64,000 nucleotides of DNA, taken from contig CBDCGX010000032.1 of the NCBI GenBank assembly GCA_965216965.1, positions 16,083 to 80,082 of the forward strand. Direction: 5' to 3'. Each line of letters starts with the position of its first letter. Within the stretch, counting starts at the first letter, position 1. A program made the translations under genes and the position numbers. The notes under the pieces are model-generated. The model did not search any database. It had not been told where the DNA came from and saw only the letters and a program-made list of their open reading frames with translations. Shown here piece by piece: positions 1 to 10,507 of the stretch. The stretch is from Spirochaetia bacterium (GTDB taxonomy: Bacteria; Spirochaetota; Spirochaetia; WTKD01; G963693115).

Positions 1-657
<657 letters not shown>

Positions 658-758
658 ATATTGTTTTACCAATGCAGCATAGTATTATAGCTTGCTTGTT
701 ATAACTTTTTTTACAGTATTTATTCTTCGGAAACACACATATTTTTTTTGAAAAAATT

Positions 759-854
<96 letters not shown>

Positions 855-875
<21 letters not shown>

Positions 876-1292
876 TTTTTTTATGCAATTGAGAATTAGT
901 GAGCATCAATGACCAACTCTCCCACCATGGAAAATAAGGAGGGAGGCTTATTGAAAATAAGCAACTCCGAAGGAGAGTAGGTCATTGCCGGACTTTTTTT
1001 ATGCAATTGAGAATTAGTGAGCATCAATGACCAACTCTTCCACCATGGAAAATAAGGAGGGAGGCTTATTGAAAATAAGCAACTCCGAAGGAGAGTAGGT
1101 CATTGCCGGACTTTTTTTATGCAATTGAGAATTAGTGAGCATCAATGACCAACTCTTCCACCATGGAAAATAAGGAGGGAGGCTTATTGAAAATAAGCAA
1201 CTCCGAAGGAGAGTAGGTCATTGCCGGACTTTTTTTATGCAATTGAGAATTAGTGAGCATCAATGACCAACTCTTCCACCATGGAAAATAAG
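855..1292 (+). repeat. 118-bp tandem repeat, ~3.7 copies, whose first 21 nt are the 3' end of 5S rRNA
   Basis: GAGAGTAGGTCATTGCCGGAC recurs at 855, 973, 1091 and 1209, an exact 118-nt period. Copies 2-4 look identical; copy 1 differs at one base. The array breaks at 1292. Confidence 0.95.
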
Positions 1293-1559
1293 AACAGAGC
1301 AAATCAAAATTTCTGAAATACCACTTTAAAATTACGGTAAGAAAAGCGATTGATAGGATACTATTTTTTTATTTTCAAAATCTTAAAAAATATTCCCCTC
1401 ATATTTCTTCTGTTAAAAAATTTATTACTGATGAGAAGTATTTGGGTAATATTACTTTAGAAATAAAGACTACAAAAGAAAAAGTTTAAGCTTCTGATAT
1501 TTTTTCTAAATTAATATAGATTTTAGAAAATATTAAAAATACAATTAAAGCAAATTCTT

Positions 1560-2153
1560 CTGGATTTAGAGGCAGCTATGAATTTTATCCGGTAAAAATT
1601 CTGAAAAAGTTATTAAAAAAGAAATGTATATAGAAAAACCAGATGAGTTTTCAAATAGAGAATTTGGGCTTTCAATGAGTACAGAAAGTCGGGTTGCTCG
1701 TTTAGATCTTTCTTCAGAGGATTGTAATTTTTATGTATACATGATGACTACGGAACAGACGAAGAGAAATATCTTGTAAAAATGGTTTATGATAATTTAT
1801 CAAGACTTACCAAAAAAAATGATGAAGTTTTTCTTATTAGAAACTAAAAAATAATGGAATTATTTGATTTTAAAAAAGGAAGAAGATTTGAACCTGATTA
1901 TTTATTGTTTTTAGGAAATGGAAAAGAAAAAGCAAAATATTATCAATTATTCATAGAACCAAAAGGTGGACATATTGAAAGCGGTGATAGATGGAAAGAA
2001 GACTTTTTGTTACAAATTGATACAGAAAATAAAGTAGTAAATTTATTTGAAAATGATAAATATTTAGTTTATGGACTCCTTATCTATCAAGAAAAAAATA
2101 AGATTAAATTCCAGAACGAGCTTTATAAAATTAGAAAACAACTAAAAGTATAA
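1560..2153 (+). pseudogene. Decayed C-terminal part of a restriction endonuclease (type III Res-like, PD-(D/E)xK nuclease end)
   Basis: Intact ORF 1854..2153 carries RFEPDYLLFL...YQLFIEPKGGHIE, a PD...ExK-type nuclease motif. Upstream pieces in other frames (NFYVY, DDYGTDEEKYLVKMVYDNLSRLTKKNDEVFLIRN*) continue the same protein across frameshifts and stops. No helicase or Mod gene is present. Confidence 0.5.
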
Positions 2154-2235
2154 AAATCATAATTTCAGAAAGGCTTTCAACTGAAGAACAAGATTCTAAT
2201 TTTGCACAAGTAATCCACCTTTAAGAATTTGTTGT

Positions 2236-2267
2236 TAAGAGATAGATGATTTAAGAGATAGATGATT
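2236..2267 (+). repeat. 16-nt direct tandem repeat x2 (TAAGAGATAGATGATT), plus a partial third AGAGA
   Basis: Read directly at 2236-2251 and 2252-2267, in non-coding DNA downstream of the nuclease remnant. Confidence 0.8.
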
Positions 2268-2699
2268 AGAGACGCCCTACTACTAGAACTATCGAGTAGT
2301 TATATTTTGCTCCACAAATGATTTCAGAACAATGGAATAAGTTACTAAACGATTTTCTTTTTCAAGACAATATTGTATCAAGAAAATGTTTGTTTAATAA
2401 TAGGATTTATTATATTATTTTTTGTATTGTGGGGAGGGTATTTCCTACTATATTGTTTTTTTGAAAAGAAAGTAAAGAAGTATCTATTAAATAATAGAGT
2501 ATTTTTTTACTACTGTATTTTTTATTATTGTTATCACATCAATTGCAAAAACGTAATGTTATATTATAAATATGTTATATTACTTATGATGCATATGTAA
2601 ATATTGAAAAATATTATTTTTTATTATGGTAATTTATCAGTGTTTTATGTTATAATAAATTAAATAATCTAAATTATTAAAGAGAGGTTTTAATTTTAT

Positions 2700-3776
2700 A
2701 TGAAAAAATTGGTATTAATTTTTGTTGTGATTGTGGGTGTTGTAACTGTTTTTACTTCATGTACAAAAACTAAAGATAATGTTTTACGAGTATATTCTCC
2801 TCACAAAGAAATACTTATAAATCTCGTTGTAGACATGTATCAAAAAGATACAGGAAAAAAAGTAGAAGTTATTACTGCAGGGACAGGAGAATTAATAGCT
2901 CGAGCAAAAGTTGAGAAAGATAATACTAATGCAGATGTTTTTTGGGGAGGGTCAATGAATACGCTTTTACCTGAATCTGAGTTGTTTGCAGAATATCGCT
3001 CTCCAAATGAAAAAAATGTAGAAGATGCTTTTAAAAACGTTGATGGCAAAGTAACACGCTTTAGTGCTATTCCATCTACTATAATTATAAATAAAAAAAC
3101 ATTACAAAAAATTTGTGGTAATAATGCAGAGATTATAGGATATCAGTCTATTATCGATTTGGAAAAAAAATGTCCTTCATTAAAGGGAATGATTTCCAAT
3201 GCAAACCCAGGGAAATCTTCATCATCATATGAACAATTAATAAATCAATTGTGGGCATATGCATACATTGTTGCTAAAGAAGATCTTGAAAGAGAAGCTA
3301 CAGTTGACGATATTACAAAAAAATATATTGATAAGGCATGGGAAAGAGTTGCTAAATTAATTGCTGTGTACGATTCTAAGCATGCTACGGGTTCTGGCGC
3401 GGTTATTACTGATGTTATTCAGGGAGAAACTGCTGTTGGATTAAGTTATGAAATGGCATCTGCTGAAGCAGCAGATAATTCTGATGATATAGACTTAATA
3501 TATCCTGTAGAAGGTTCTGTAGTAAAGGCGGACGGAGTAGCAATCCTTAAAGGGGCAAAAAACATGGAAGGAGCAAAAGAGTTTGTCGATTATTTGTTAA
3601 GTGAAAAAATCCAGAATGCAATTAAAACAGTATATAGAAGAGCAGTAATAAAGAATGCAGATTTTACAAATTCACCACTTGCCCCACTTAATACTTTTAA
3701 AGTTATTAAAGATAATTCTTTACTTAATAATAAAGAAGAGAATTTAAAGAAGTATGATGAGTTGTTTAATCAATAA
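2700..3776 (+). CDS. ABC transporter substrate-binding lipoprotein, Fe(3+)/AfuA-FbpA-like
   Basis: Hydrophobic N-terminus with lipobox VFTSC. First gene of a binding-protein, ATPase, permease operon. Overall resemblance to iron(III)-type binding proteins; substrate not certain. Confidence 0.75.
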   Translation: MKKLVLIFVVIVGVVTVFTSCTKTKDNVLRVYSPHKEILINLVVDMYQKDTGKKVEVITAGTGELIARAKVEKDNTNADVFWGGSMNTLLPESELFAEYRSPNEKNVEDAFKNVDGKVTRFSAIPSTIIINKKTLQKICGNNAEIIGYQSIIDLEKKCPSLKGMISNANPGKSSSSYEQLINQLWAYAYIVAKEDLEREATVDDITKKYIDKAWERVAKLIAVYDSKHATGSGAVITDVIQGETAVGLSYEMASAEAADNSDDIDLIYPVEGSVVKADGVAILKGAKNMEGAKEFVDYLLSEKIQNAIKTVYRRAVIKNADFTNSPLAPLNTFKVIKDNSLLNNKEENLKKYDELFNQ

Positions 3777-3840
3777 TATTTTTTACTATTAAGTAGTAAG
3801 CTGTTCTTGGAATGGATTTGTATTGTAGTGTGCCAGTAGA

Positions 3841-4914
3841 ATGAGTGTACCAGCAGATTTTAAAAACATAGTAAAAAAGTATGGTGATGTTACTGTCATT
3901 GACGGGTTAAACCTCAATATAAAAAAGGGGGAATTCTTCACGCTTTTAGGACCATCTGGGTGTGGAAAAACGACGTTACTTAGAATGGTAGCTGGCTTCC
4001 ATTCTGCAGAAAGCGGAGAGCTTCTTATTGCTGATAAGGATATTAATAAAGTACCTGCCCATAAGAGAAATATGGGCATGGTATTTCAAAATTATGCTAT
4101 TTTCCCACATATGACAGTGTTTGACAATGTGGCATATGGCTTAAAGGCTCGTAAAACACCTAAGGATTCCATACAAAAGCAAGTCTTAGAAATGCTTCTT
4201 ACTATGCAAATAGAACATTTAAAAGATAGAATGCCTAAAAATCTGTCTGGGGGGCAACAACAGAGGGTTGCTCTTGCACGAGCAATTGTTATAAAGCCTT
4301 CAATGCTTCTTATGGATGAACCACTTTCAAACCTAGATGCAAAGTTGCGTATTGATATGAGAATAGCGATAAAAAAGATACAAAGAGATGTTGGCATTAC
4401 AACTATTTACGTCACCCACGATCAGGAAGAAGCACTTGCAATATCAGATAGAATAGCTGTAATAGATTCTGGAATTATTCAGCAAGTGGGACAACCTCTT
4501 GATATATATCTTAATTCTGCTAATGTCTTTGTGGCAACATTTATTGGCCATACTAATATTTTAGAATGTACTCTTTTAGATAAAACTCTTTTATGGGGAA
4601 ATTATTCATTCGTTGTAGACAAAGTTATAAGTGCATCGGAGAAAAAAAGAGTGAAAGTTGGTATACGTCCAGAAAGTTTTATTCTAGTAGATAATTCCAA
4701 AGAGGGAATAAAGGGAACTGTAGACCTCGTTACTTTTTTAGGGCAGTTTGTTCAGTATCAAATTTGTCTTAGTAGTGGAAAAGAAATTGAGTTTAAGGAA
4801 AATGCATTCTTAGAAAAAGATTTCTTGGAGGTTGGTGATAAGATCACATTGCAACCAAATCTTAAAATGATTAATGTATTTGATGAGAATGGAGTATCAA
4901 TAATCTCTAAATAA
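3841..4914 (+). CDS. ABC transporter ATP-binding protein (FbpC/PotA-like)
   Basis: Walker A GPSGCGKTT, signature LSGGQQQRVALARA, Walker B LLLMDEPLS, H-loop YVTHDQEEA, C-terminal TOBE-like extension. Confidence 0.92.
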   Translation: MSVPADFKNIVKKYGDVTVIDGLNLNIKKGEFFTLLGPSGCGKTTLLRMVAGFHSAESGELLIADKDINKVPAHKRNMGMVFQNYAIFPHMTVFDNVAYGLKARKTPKDSIQKQVLEMLLTMQIEHLKDRMPKNLSGGQQQRVALARAIVIKPSMLLMDEPLSNLDAKLRIDMRIAIKKIQRDVGITTIYVTHDQEEALAISDRIAVIDSGIIQQVGQPLDIYLNSANVFVATFIGHTNILECTLLDKTLLWGNYSFVVDKVISASEKKRVKVGIRPESFILVDNSKEGIKGTVDLVTFLGQFVQYQICLSSGKEIEFKENAFLEKDFLEVGDKITLQPNLKMINVFDENGVSIISK

Positions 4915-4931
4915 ACTAAGGTATTGATCTG

Positions 4932-6599
4932 ATGATAGGAAATATAAAACAATTATCTTTAAAAAAATGGGATTCTTGGACAACAATTAAGATTTTCTGT
5001 TTTTTGTTTATATTTATCTTTCTTATATATCCCTTGTTTTCCTTGTTTAAAGGAAGTTTCTTAGATATAGAAACACAGAAATTTACATTTGCAAATTATA
5101 TTCGCTTATTTAGTCGGGAGTCATACTTTAGGGCTTTTAAAAACAGCTTTATTATTACTACTGTAACTGCGGCAGGAACACTTGTTCTTGGGGTTGCTCA
5201 AGCCTATATTATGACTCGATTTGTTATTAAAGGACATACTTTATTAAAAGTGCTTACCATTGTGTCATTGTTATCTCCTCCATTTATTGGAGCGTATTCT
5301 TGGATACTTTTGTTAGGAAATAATGGAGCCATACGTCTTTTCTTAGAAAAGTTTGGGCTTGCTATTCCAAGCATATATAGTATGACAGGAATACTCTTTG
5401 TTTTTATTTTCAAATTATTTCCATATATCTATTTATATACATCTGGAGCATTAAAAAGCATAGATGCTTCTTTGAGTGAGGCTGCAGAGGGATTGGGAAG
5501 TAGTAAGTTGAAAATTATTTTTAAAGTTACCCTCCCGCTTATGTTACCTTCGCTTTTTTCTGCAAGTTTACTTGTATCTATGACTGCACTTGCAGATTTT
5601 GGTACTCCACTTCTATTGGGAAGAGGTATAAGTACTCTTCCAGTATTAATATATGATGAGTTTGTTACAGAGATGGGAGGAAATTCCTATTTTGCCTCCT
5701 CTATTGCTGTAATTGTTGTTTTAATTGCAACTATATTATTTTTAGTACAGCATTACATTATCAGTAAAAAATCCTTCGAAATGAATACAATGCGTTCTGT
5801 AGAGGCAAAGCAACTAAAGGGCGGAAAAAATATATTTGCTCATTTATATTGTTATATTTTAGTTGGAGTAGCGTCTCTTCCTCAGTTTACTGTTGCTTTT
5901 TATTCTTTTAAGAAAACACAAGGTCCTATATTTAAGGACGGATTTTCTTTTGATAGCTATAGAAGAGTTTTTGGGCGCTTATCTAATGAGATAATAAATA
6001 CGTTTACATATTCTTTGGTAGCGTTGGTAATCATGGTGATTCTTGCGCTTTTCATTGCTTATCTTAGCGTAAGAAGACGCAACACATCTACGACTATTTT
6101 GGACACATTCGTTATGCTTCCTTATATTATTCCAGGTACTGTAATTGGTATAATGTATGCCTTGACATTTAATTCGGGTCCTATAGTAATAACAGGAACA
6201 TCATTTATATTAATAATTGCATATGTTATAAGACGTGGGCCAAATGTTATTCGTTCAAGTTCAAGTATTCTTGAACAAATTTCTCCAAGCGTAGAAGAAG
6301 CGTCGGTAAGCTTAGGCGTGTCGCCCCTGAGGTCGTTTTTAAAGATAACAGCTGTACTTATGGTTCCTGGAATTGTTTCTGGGGGATTACTAGCATGGAT
6401 ACGAACTACAAGTGAATTAAGTGTATCTATTATGCTATATATAGGAAAAACACGTACTATGCCGGTTGCAACGTATTCGGAAATTATTTATGGACGTTAT
6501 GGTGCAGCGGCAGCATTGTCTACACTTCTTGTTGCTATTATAGCTGTGGTTCTAATAGTATTCTTTCATGTTACAAGAAAATCAAACGCTTCGTTTTAA
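4932..6599 (+). CDS. ABC transporter permease, duplicated (two-module) FbpB/AfuB-like
   Basis: 555 aa and highly hydrophobic. Two tandem permease modules, typical of iron(III) ABC permeases. Operon context. Confidence 0.85.
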   Translation: MIGNIKQLSLKKWDSWTTIKIFCFLFIFIFLIYPLFSLFKGSFLDIETQKFTFANYIRLFSRESYFRAFKNSFIITTVTAAGTLVLGVAQAYIMTRFVIKGHTLLKVLTIVSLLSPPFIGAYSWILLLGNNGAIRLFLEKFGLAIPSIYSMTGILFVFIFKLFPYIYLYTSGALKSIDASLSEAAEGLGSSKLKIIFKVTLPLMLPSLFSASLLVSMTALADFGTPLLLGRGISTLPVLIYDEFVTEMGGNSYFASSIAVIVVLIATILFLVQHYIISKKSFEMNTMRSVEAKQLKGGKNIFAHLYCYILVGVASLPQFTVAFYSFKKTQGPIFKDGFSFDSYRRVFGRLSNEIINTFTYSLVALVIMVILALFIAYLSVRRRNTSTTILDTFVMLPYIIPGTVIGIMYALTFNSGPIVITGTSFILIIAYVIRRGPNVIRSSSSILEQISPSVEEASVSLGVSPLRSFLKITAVLMVPGIVSGGLLAWIRTTSELSVSIMLYIGKTRTMPVATYSEIIYGRYGAAAALSTLLVAIIAVVLIVFFHVTRKSNASF

Positions 6600-7575
6600 C
6601 TAATTTTTTTATGTGATTATTTTTTTGTCCATATACTTGTGAAAGTATTATAGCAGTAAATATTATTGTTGCTCCTATAATTTCGCGAGGACTAGGATAT
6701 TCGTTAAGTATTAATACTCCAAAGACCATAGCAAAAACAGCTTCTAAACTTATAATAAGTGCTGTGTGAGATGCGGGCGTGTTTTTTTGTGCATATATTT
6801 GTAAAGAAAATCCAATGCAGGTTGCAATTATGGATGTATATAGTATTGATTCCCATGCCGAAAGAAAGCCTTCAATCAATAGGGAAGGGAGTAAGAAGAG
6901 TGAGTGTAGAAATGATGTTTTTATAGAGAAAGAAGAGACAATAATACTTATTATTATACTGAGTATGCTGCAGTATAAATATTGCCACATTGCAAATGAT
7001 ATAGTGTGGAGTTTATGTGATACGTGTCCTACGTATAGAATATATAATGCCCACGTAACTGCATTGAAGATGAGCAATGTGTCTTCTTTCTTTAGATAGA
7101 AAGTACCATGTATGCTCATAAAGTATAAACCTACGATTGCAAGAAAAGCACTTATCCATTGAATAAGGGTATTTCTGTATCCCATACATACTCCAATTAT
7201 AGGGACGAGCACTACATACAGCCCTGTTATAACTCCCGCTTTTCCTGCCGAGCTATAAAGAAGTGCTATTTGTTGAAGATTTATGCCTATTGCGAGAAGT
7301 GCTCCTCCCGCCAAGTACAAAAGATGATATTGAAGTGCAGTGGAAGGTAATAGCTTTTTCTTTTTTTTCAACGGGAAGAAAAATATGTGAATAATGAACA
7401 TAGCTATTGCTGAGATAAGAAATCGCAGAATATTAAAATGTATGCCATCTATTTTTGTGGATGCTGCTTTTTGGAATACAAAAGCAGTTCCCCATATAAT
7501 GGATATAATAAATAAAATAAAATCGGAAAACACTCTTTTACGGAGAATATTATTTTTTTTTATAGAAATAAACAC
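6571..7575 (-). CDS. DMT (EamA-type) family transporter
   Basis: 334 aa, ~10 predicted TM segments with the two-EamA-repeat look. GTG start. Its 3' end overlaps the converging permease gene by 29 bp. Confidence 0.75.
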   Translation of the reverse strand: MFISIKKNNILRKRVFSDFILFIISIIWGTAFVFQKAASTKIDGIHFNILRFLISAIAMFIIHIFFFPLKKKKKLLPSTALQYHLLYLAGGALLAIGINLQQIALLYSSAGKAGVITGLYVVLVPIIGVCMGYRNTLIQWISAFLAIVGLYFMSIHGTFYLKKEDTLLIFNAVTWALYILYVGHVSHKLHTISFAMWQYLYCSILSIIISIIVSSFSIKTSFLHSLFLLPSLLIEGFLSAWESILYTSIIATCIGFSLQIYAQKNTPASHTALIISLEAVFAMVFGVLILNEYPSPREIIGATIIFTAIILSQVYGQKNNHIKKLVKTKRLIFL

Positions 7576-7597
7576 TTATCTTTATGGTTCTAGTATA

Positions 7598-7641
7598 CTA
7601 CTATAAAGATATTATTGTTAATAATAATATCTTTATAGTAG
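7598..7641. promoter_or_regulatory. 44-bp near-perfect palindrome (19-bp arms, 6-nt centre) in a divergent promoter region
   Basis: CTACTATAAAGATATTATT (7598-7616) and AATAATATCTTTATAGTAG (7623-7641) are exact reverse complements; centre GTTAAT. Lies 22 nt from the DMT start and 46 nt from the lipoprotein start. Confidence 0.6.
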
Positions 7642-7687
7642 ATAATTATAGTATGACTTATAAAAATTTTATGGAGGATTTATTTAT

Positions 7688-8014
7688 ATGAAAAAGAAAA
7701 CGGCAGTGTTGTTTTTTCTTATGTTTGGCGTTTCACTTATTTTAGAAGCGTGCATTACATATGTTCCAACTCTTGTGCATGAAACTACTTATCTTAGTAG
7801 AAACTATGAGATTATTGGGGCAGTGGAAGTTACTTTAGGAAAAAATAAAGATAAGGAAGGAGGAGTACGAGGAATCTTACTCAAAGAAGCAAAAAAAAGG
7901 TTTGGAGATGATAGAAATATTGATGTTGTTGATATAACTTCATCTGTTGCCTATGTGATTTTTGGAAATAGTGAAACTTATTTGGAAGCAAGAGTAATAC
8001 GATATATTCGATAA
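7688..8014 (+). CDS. Small lipoprotein, unknown function
   Basis: MKKKTAVLFFLMFGVSLILEAC is a signal peptide plus lipobox; 108 aa. Confidence 0.6.
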   Translation: MKKKTAVLFFLMFGVSLILEACITYVPTLVHETTYLSRNYEIIGAVEVTLGKNKDKEGGVRGILLKEAKKRFGDDRNIDVVDITSSVAYVIFGNSETYLEARVIRYIR

Positions 8015-8112
8015 TATATTTTTCACTCTCAATCTTTTATAAAAAAGGTTATATATATACTTCTTTTTTTATTTATGCGTGATGCGTTTTGTTATATGTA
8101 TGGTAATGGCGT

Positions 8113-8589
8113 ATGCCTTTATCAAGGTTTTGTTATTATAGAAGTATGAGGGTGTTTCGAGAAATAGTATATAATAAAGATTATATTATATCGCTGTATG
8201 CGGGAGATAAACTTCAAGAATCTATATTGAGATTTTGTAAAGAGTATAGTATCGCAAGTGCATCCTATACAGGAATTGGAGCTGTTTCTAACGTAACCAT
8301 GGCTGTGTATGACATACCCCAGAAGAAGTATACGACGAAGGTGTTTTCCTCTGATTATGAGCTTGTTAGTTTAGTAGGGAATATTTCGTCTATTTATAAT
8401 AGAGATAGTTCTGATACATTATTTGCACATTCGCATGCTTCAATATGTGGAGAAGATTACGTGTGTTATGGAGGGCATCTTGTTGAAGCAGAGGTGTATG
8501 CTGTAACAGAAATATTGCTACGATCATATAAAGAAACGTTTATAAGAAAGAAAGACGAATATACTGGATTAAATATTCTTGTTCCATAA
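8113..8589 (+). CDS. PPC/DUF296 domain protein
   Basis: The C-terminal half FAHSHASICGEDYVCYGGHLVEAEVYAVTEILL resembles the PPC (DUF296) fold family. The true start may be the internal ATG at 8146. Confidence 0.65.
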   Translation: MPLSRFCYYRSMRVFREIVYNKDYIISLYAGDKLQESILRFCKEYSIASASYTGIGAVSNVTMAVYDIPQKKYTTKVFSSDYELVSLVGNISSIYNRDSSDTLFAHSHASICGEDYVCYGGHLVEAEVYAVTEILLRSYKETFIRKKDEYTGLNILVP

Positions 8590-8649
8590 AATGGGACTAT
8601 TGTAATGTGTGTGAGATATTATTTTTCACACTGGCTCACTTAAATATAA

Positions 8650-8886
8650 ATGTTGGAATTACTAATGAGGATATCTGTTTTTGTAAAGATTTGCAGTAAA
8701 AAGAATAAAGTAGAAGTTGTATCTAAAAACATATTAAAGGTATACGTTACAGAGAAGCCTGTAGATGGAAAGGCAAATGCAATGATCATAAAAATATTAG
8801 CAAATCATTTTTCTGTTCCTTCATCTTACGTTGTATTATACAGAGGTAGAAAATCGCGCGTAAAGCTATTTGACATAGTGTTATAG
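8650..8886 (+). CDS. YggU/DUF167 (UPF0235) family protein
   Basis: KVYVTEKPVDGKANAMIIKILANHFSVPSSYVVLYRGRKSRVKLFDI matches the family pattern, and the size is right. Confidence 0.7.
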   Translation: MLELLMRISVFVKICSKKNKVEVVSKNILKVYVTEKPVDGKANAMIIKILANHFSVPSSYVVLYRGRKSRVKLFDIVL

Positions 8887-8931
8887 GGTTACATTGATTT
8901 GTTATAATGAAAAAGGTATTATGATTTTTAT

Positions 8932-10419
8932 ATGAAGAATAAGGTTCAACTTATTGTATATGCATCTCGTTTTGGAACAAGGGGACTACAAGGACTTTTA
9001 TCTTTATTAAATAGTACATTTAATACATTATTCTCACTTGTGCATATTTTACCATGTTATCGTTATTTTGATGGGGTGGATACTGGGTTTGATCCCGTAG
9101 ATCATATGAGTATTGATACAAGGCTTGGAGGATGGGAGCATATAAGAAATTTTCAGAATTATAACATAGATGTCATGATGGATATGATAGTTAATCATAT
9201 TTCTGCACAATCTAAGGAATTCAAGGATTTTCTAAATGGGAATCACAGTGATCTGTTTTTGTGTTTAGATTCTGTATTTCCAAAGGGTGCGTTAGAAAAA
9301 GACCTTGCTAATCTTTATAGACCTCGTCCTGGACTCCCTTTTTCTTTGTATCAGGATGTGAAAGGAAAAAAACATTTAGTGTGGACAACATTTACTTCTC
9401 AACAAATAGATATAAACGTGCATTCTAAGAAAGGCAAAGAATATTTGCATAGTATTTTGGATATGTTTGAAGCATCAAAGGTAAAAGTAATTCGTATGGA
9501 TGCTATTGGCTACGCTATAAAGAAAGCGGGTACGTCTTGTTTTATGATAGATGAAACATTTGAGTTTATACATACATTACAAGAACAAGCAAAAAAAAGA
9601 AACATGGAGATGTTGGTAGAAATTCATTCCCATTATAAGATTCAGAAAGCTATTGCAAAATATGCTGATTATATTTATGATTTTTGTCTTCCGCCGCTTA
9701 TATTATATGCGTTGCTTAAAAAGGATGTGCAACCACTGTGTAAATGGATACATGAAATACCAAAGAATACTATTTCGGTGCTAGATACACATGATGGCAT
9801 AGGGATCGTGGATGTTGGACTATATAGGGATGGTGATGTAACATATGATGGATTATTGGATGCAATTCAAATCCATGATCTTGTAGAAGAAATTCATATT
9901 CAGTCTTGTGGTGAAAGTAAGAAAGCCACAGGTGAGGCAGCAAGTAATGTTGATTTGTATCAAGTGAATTGTAGTTTTTATTCCGCTTTAGGAGAAAACG
10001 ATACTCTTTATATACTTGCTCGATTGTTGCAATTTTTTTCACCAGGTATACCCCAAGTATATTATATGGGGCTGCTTGCAGGTAAAAACGATAGTGATTT
10101 ATTGAGAAAAACAAATATTGGTCGCAATATAAATAGGCGATATTATACCGAAGAGCAAATTAAAGAAGCGGTTAGACAATCGGTGGTGAAGCAACTTTTA
10201 GGTCTTATTCAATTTAGAAACACTCATCCTGCGTTTAATGGAACATTACATATTTCGTGTAAAAGAGCAAACATGATTGCTCTTTGTTGGAAAGAAAAGG
10301 GAAGGGTTTTTGCAGAACTTACTATAGATGTACATTCTTATAGTTTTTGTATACGCTCATGTGATGGGATAGGTCCTATAAAGCAAATTAATACACTTCG
10401 GGAACTAGAAAATATCTAA
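8932..10419 (+). CDS. Sucrose phosphorylase family (GH13_18) glycoside phosphorylase
   Basis: MKNKVQLIVYASRFG..HILPCYRYFDGVDTGFDPVDH..IRMDAIGYA..VEIHSHY..VLDTHDGIG matches the sucrose/glucosylglycerate phosphorylase layout. Confidence 0.85.
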   Translation: MKNKVQLIVYASRFGTRGLQGLLSLLNSTFNTLFSLVHILPCYRYFDGVDTGFDPVDHMSIDTRLGGWEHIRNFQNYNIDVMMDMIVNHISAQSKEFKDFLNGNHSDLFLCLDSVFPKGALEKDLANLYRPRPGLPFSLYQDVKGKKHLVWTTFTSQQIDINVHSKKGKEYLHSILDMFEASKVKVIRMDAIGYAIKKAGTSCFMIDETFEFIHTLQEQAKKRNMEMLVEIHSHYKIQKAIAKYADYIYDFCLPPLILYALLKKDVQPLCKWIHEIPKNTISVLDTHDGIGIVDVGLYRDGDVTYDGLLDAIQIHDLVEEIHIQSCGESKKATGEAASNVDLYQVNCSFYSALGENDTLYILARLLQFFSPGIPQVYYMGLLAGKNDSDLLRKTNIGRNINRRYYTEEQIKEAVRQSVVKQLLGLIQFRNTHPAFNGTLHISCKRANMIALCWKEKGRVFAELTIDVHSYSFCIRSCDGIGPIKQINTLRELENI

Positions 10420-10432
10420 TGTTTTCTTATAT

Positions 10433-10461
10433 TTGACTTGCAATAGTCTTTGTATTATGTT
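10433..10461 (+). promoter_or_regulatory. Candidate sigma-70 promoter for the bS22-like ORF and cdaA
   Basis: TTGACT (10433-10438), 17-nt spacer, TATGTT (10456-10461), ~45 nt upstream of the GTG at 10508. Confidence 0.35.
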
Positions 10462-10507
10462 AGTATTACTATATAAATAGGTAAAATCTTATTGTAGGTG
10501 GTATCAA

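Noticed and set aside
2373-2600. ORF 2373..2600(+), 75 aa, Phe/Tyr/Leu-rich with one TM-like segment
   Set aside because: It has a TTG start without an RBS, in extremely AT-rich DNA. The composition-driven hydrophobic translation matches no recognisable family. It could still be a real small membrane protein, but nothing supports that.
2601-2699. Fur box or TPP riboswitch upstream of the ABC importer
   Set aside because: There is no GATAATGATAATCATTATC-like 19-mer and no CTGAGA/ACCTGATCTGGATAATGCCAGCG-type TPP elements, only AT-rich sequence.
6571-6599. 29-bp overlap of the converging 3' ends of the ABC permease and the DMT transporter
   Set aside because: Convergent overlaps of this size occur in compact genomes. 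No hairpin or other signal is present, so I do not consider it significant.
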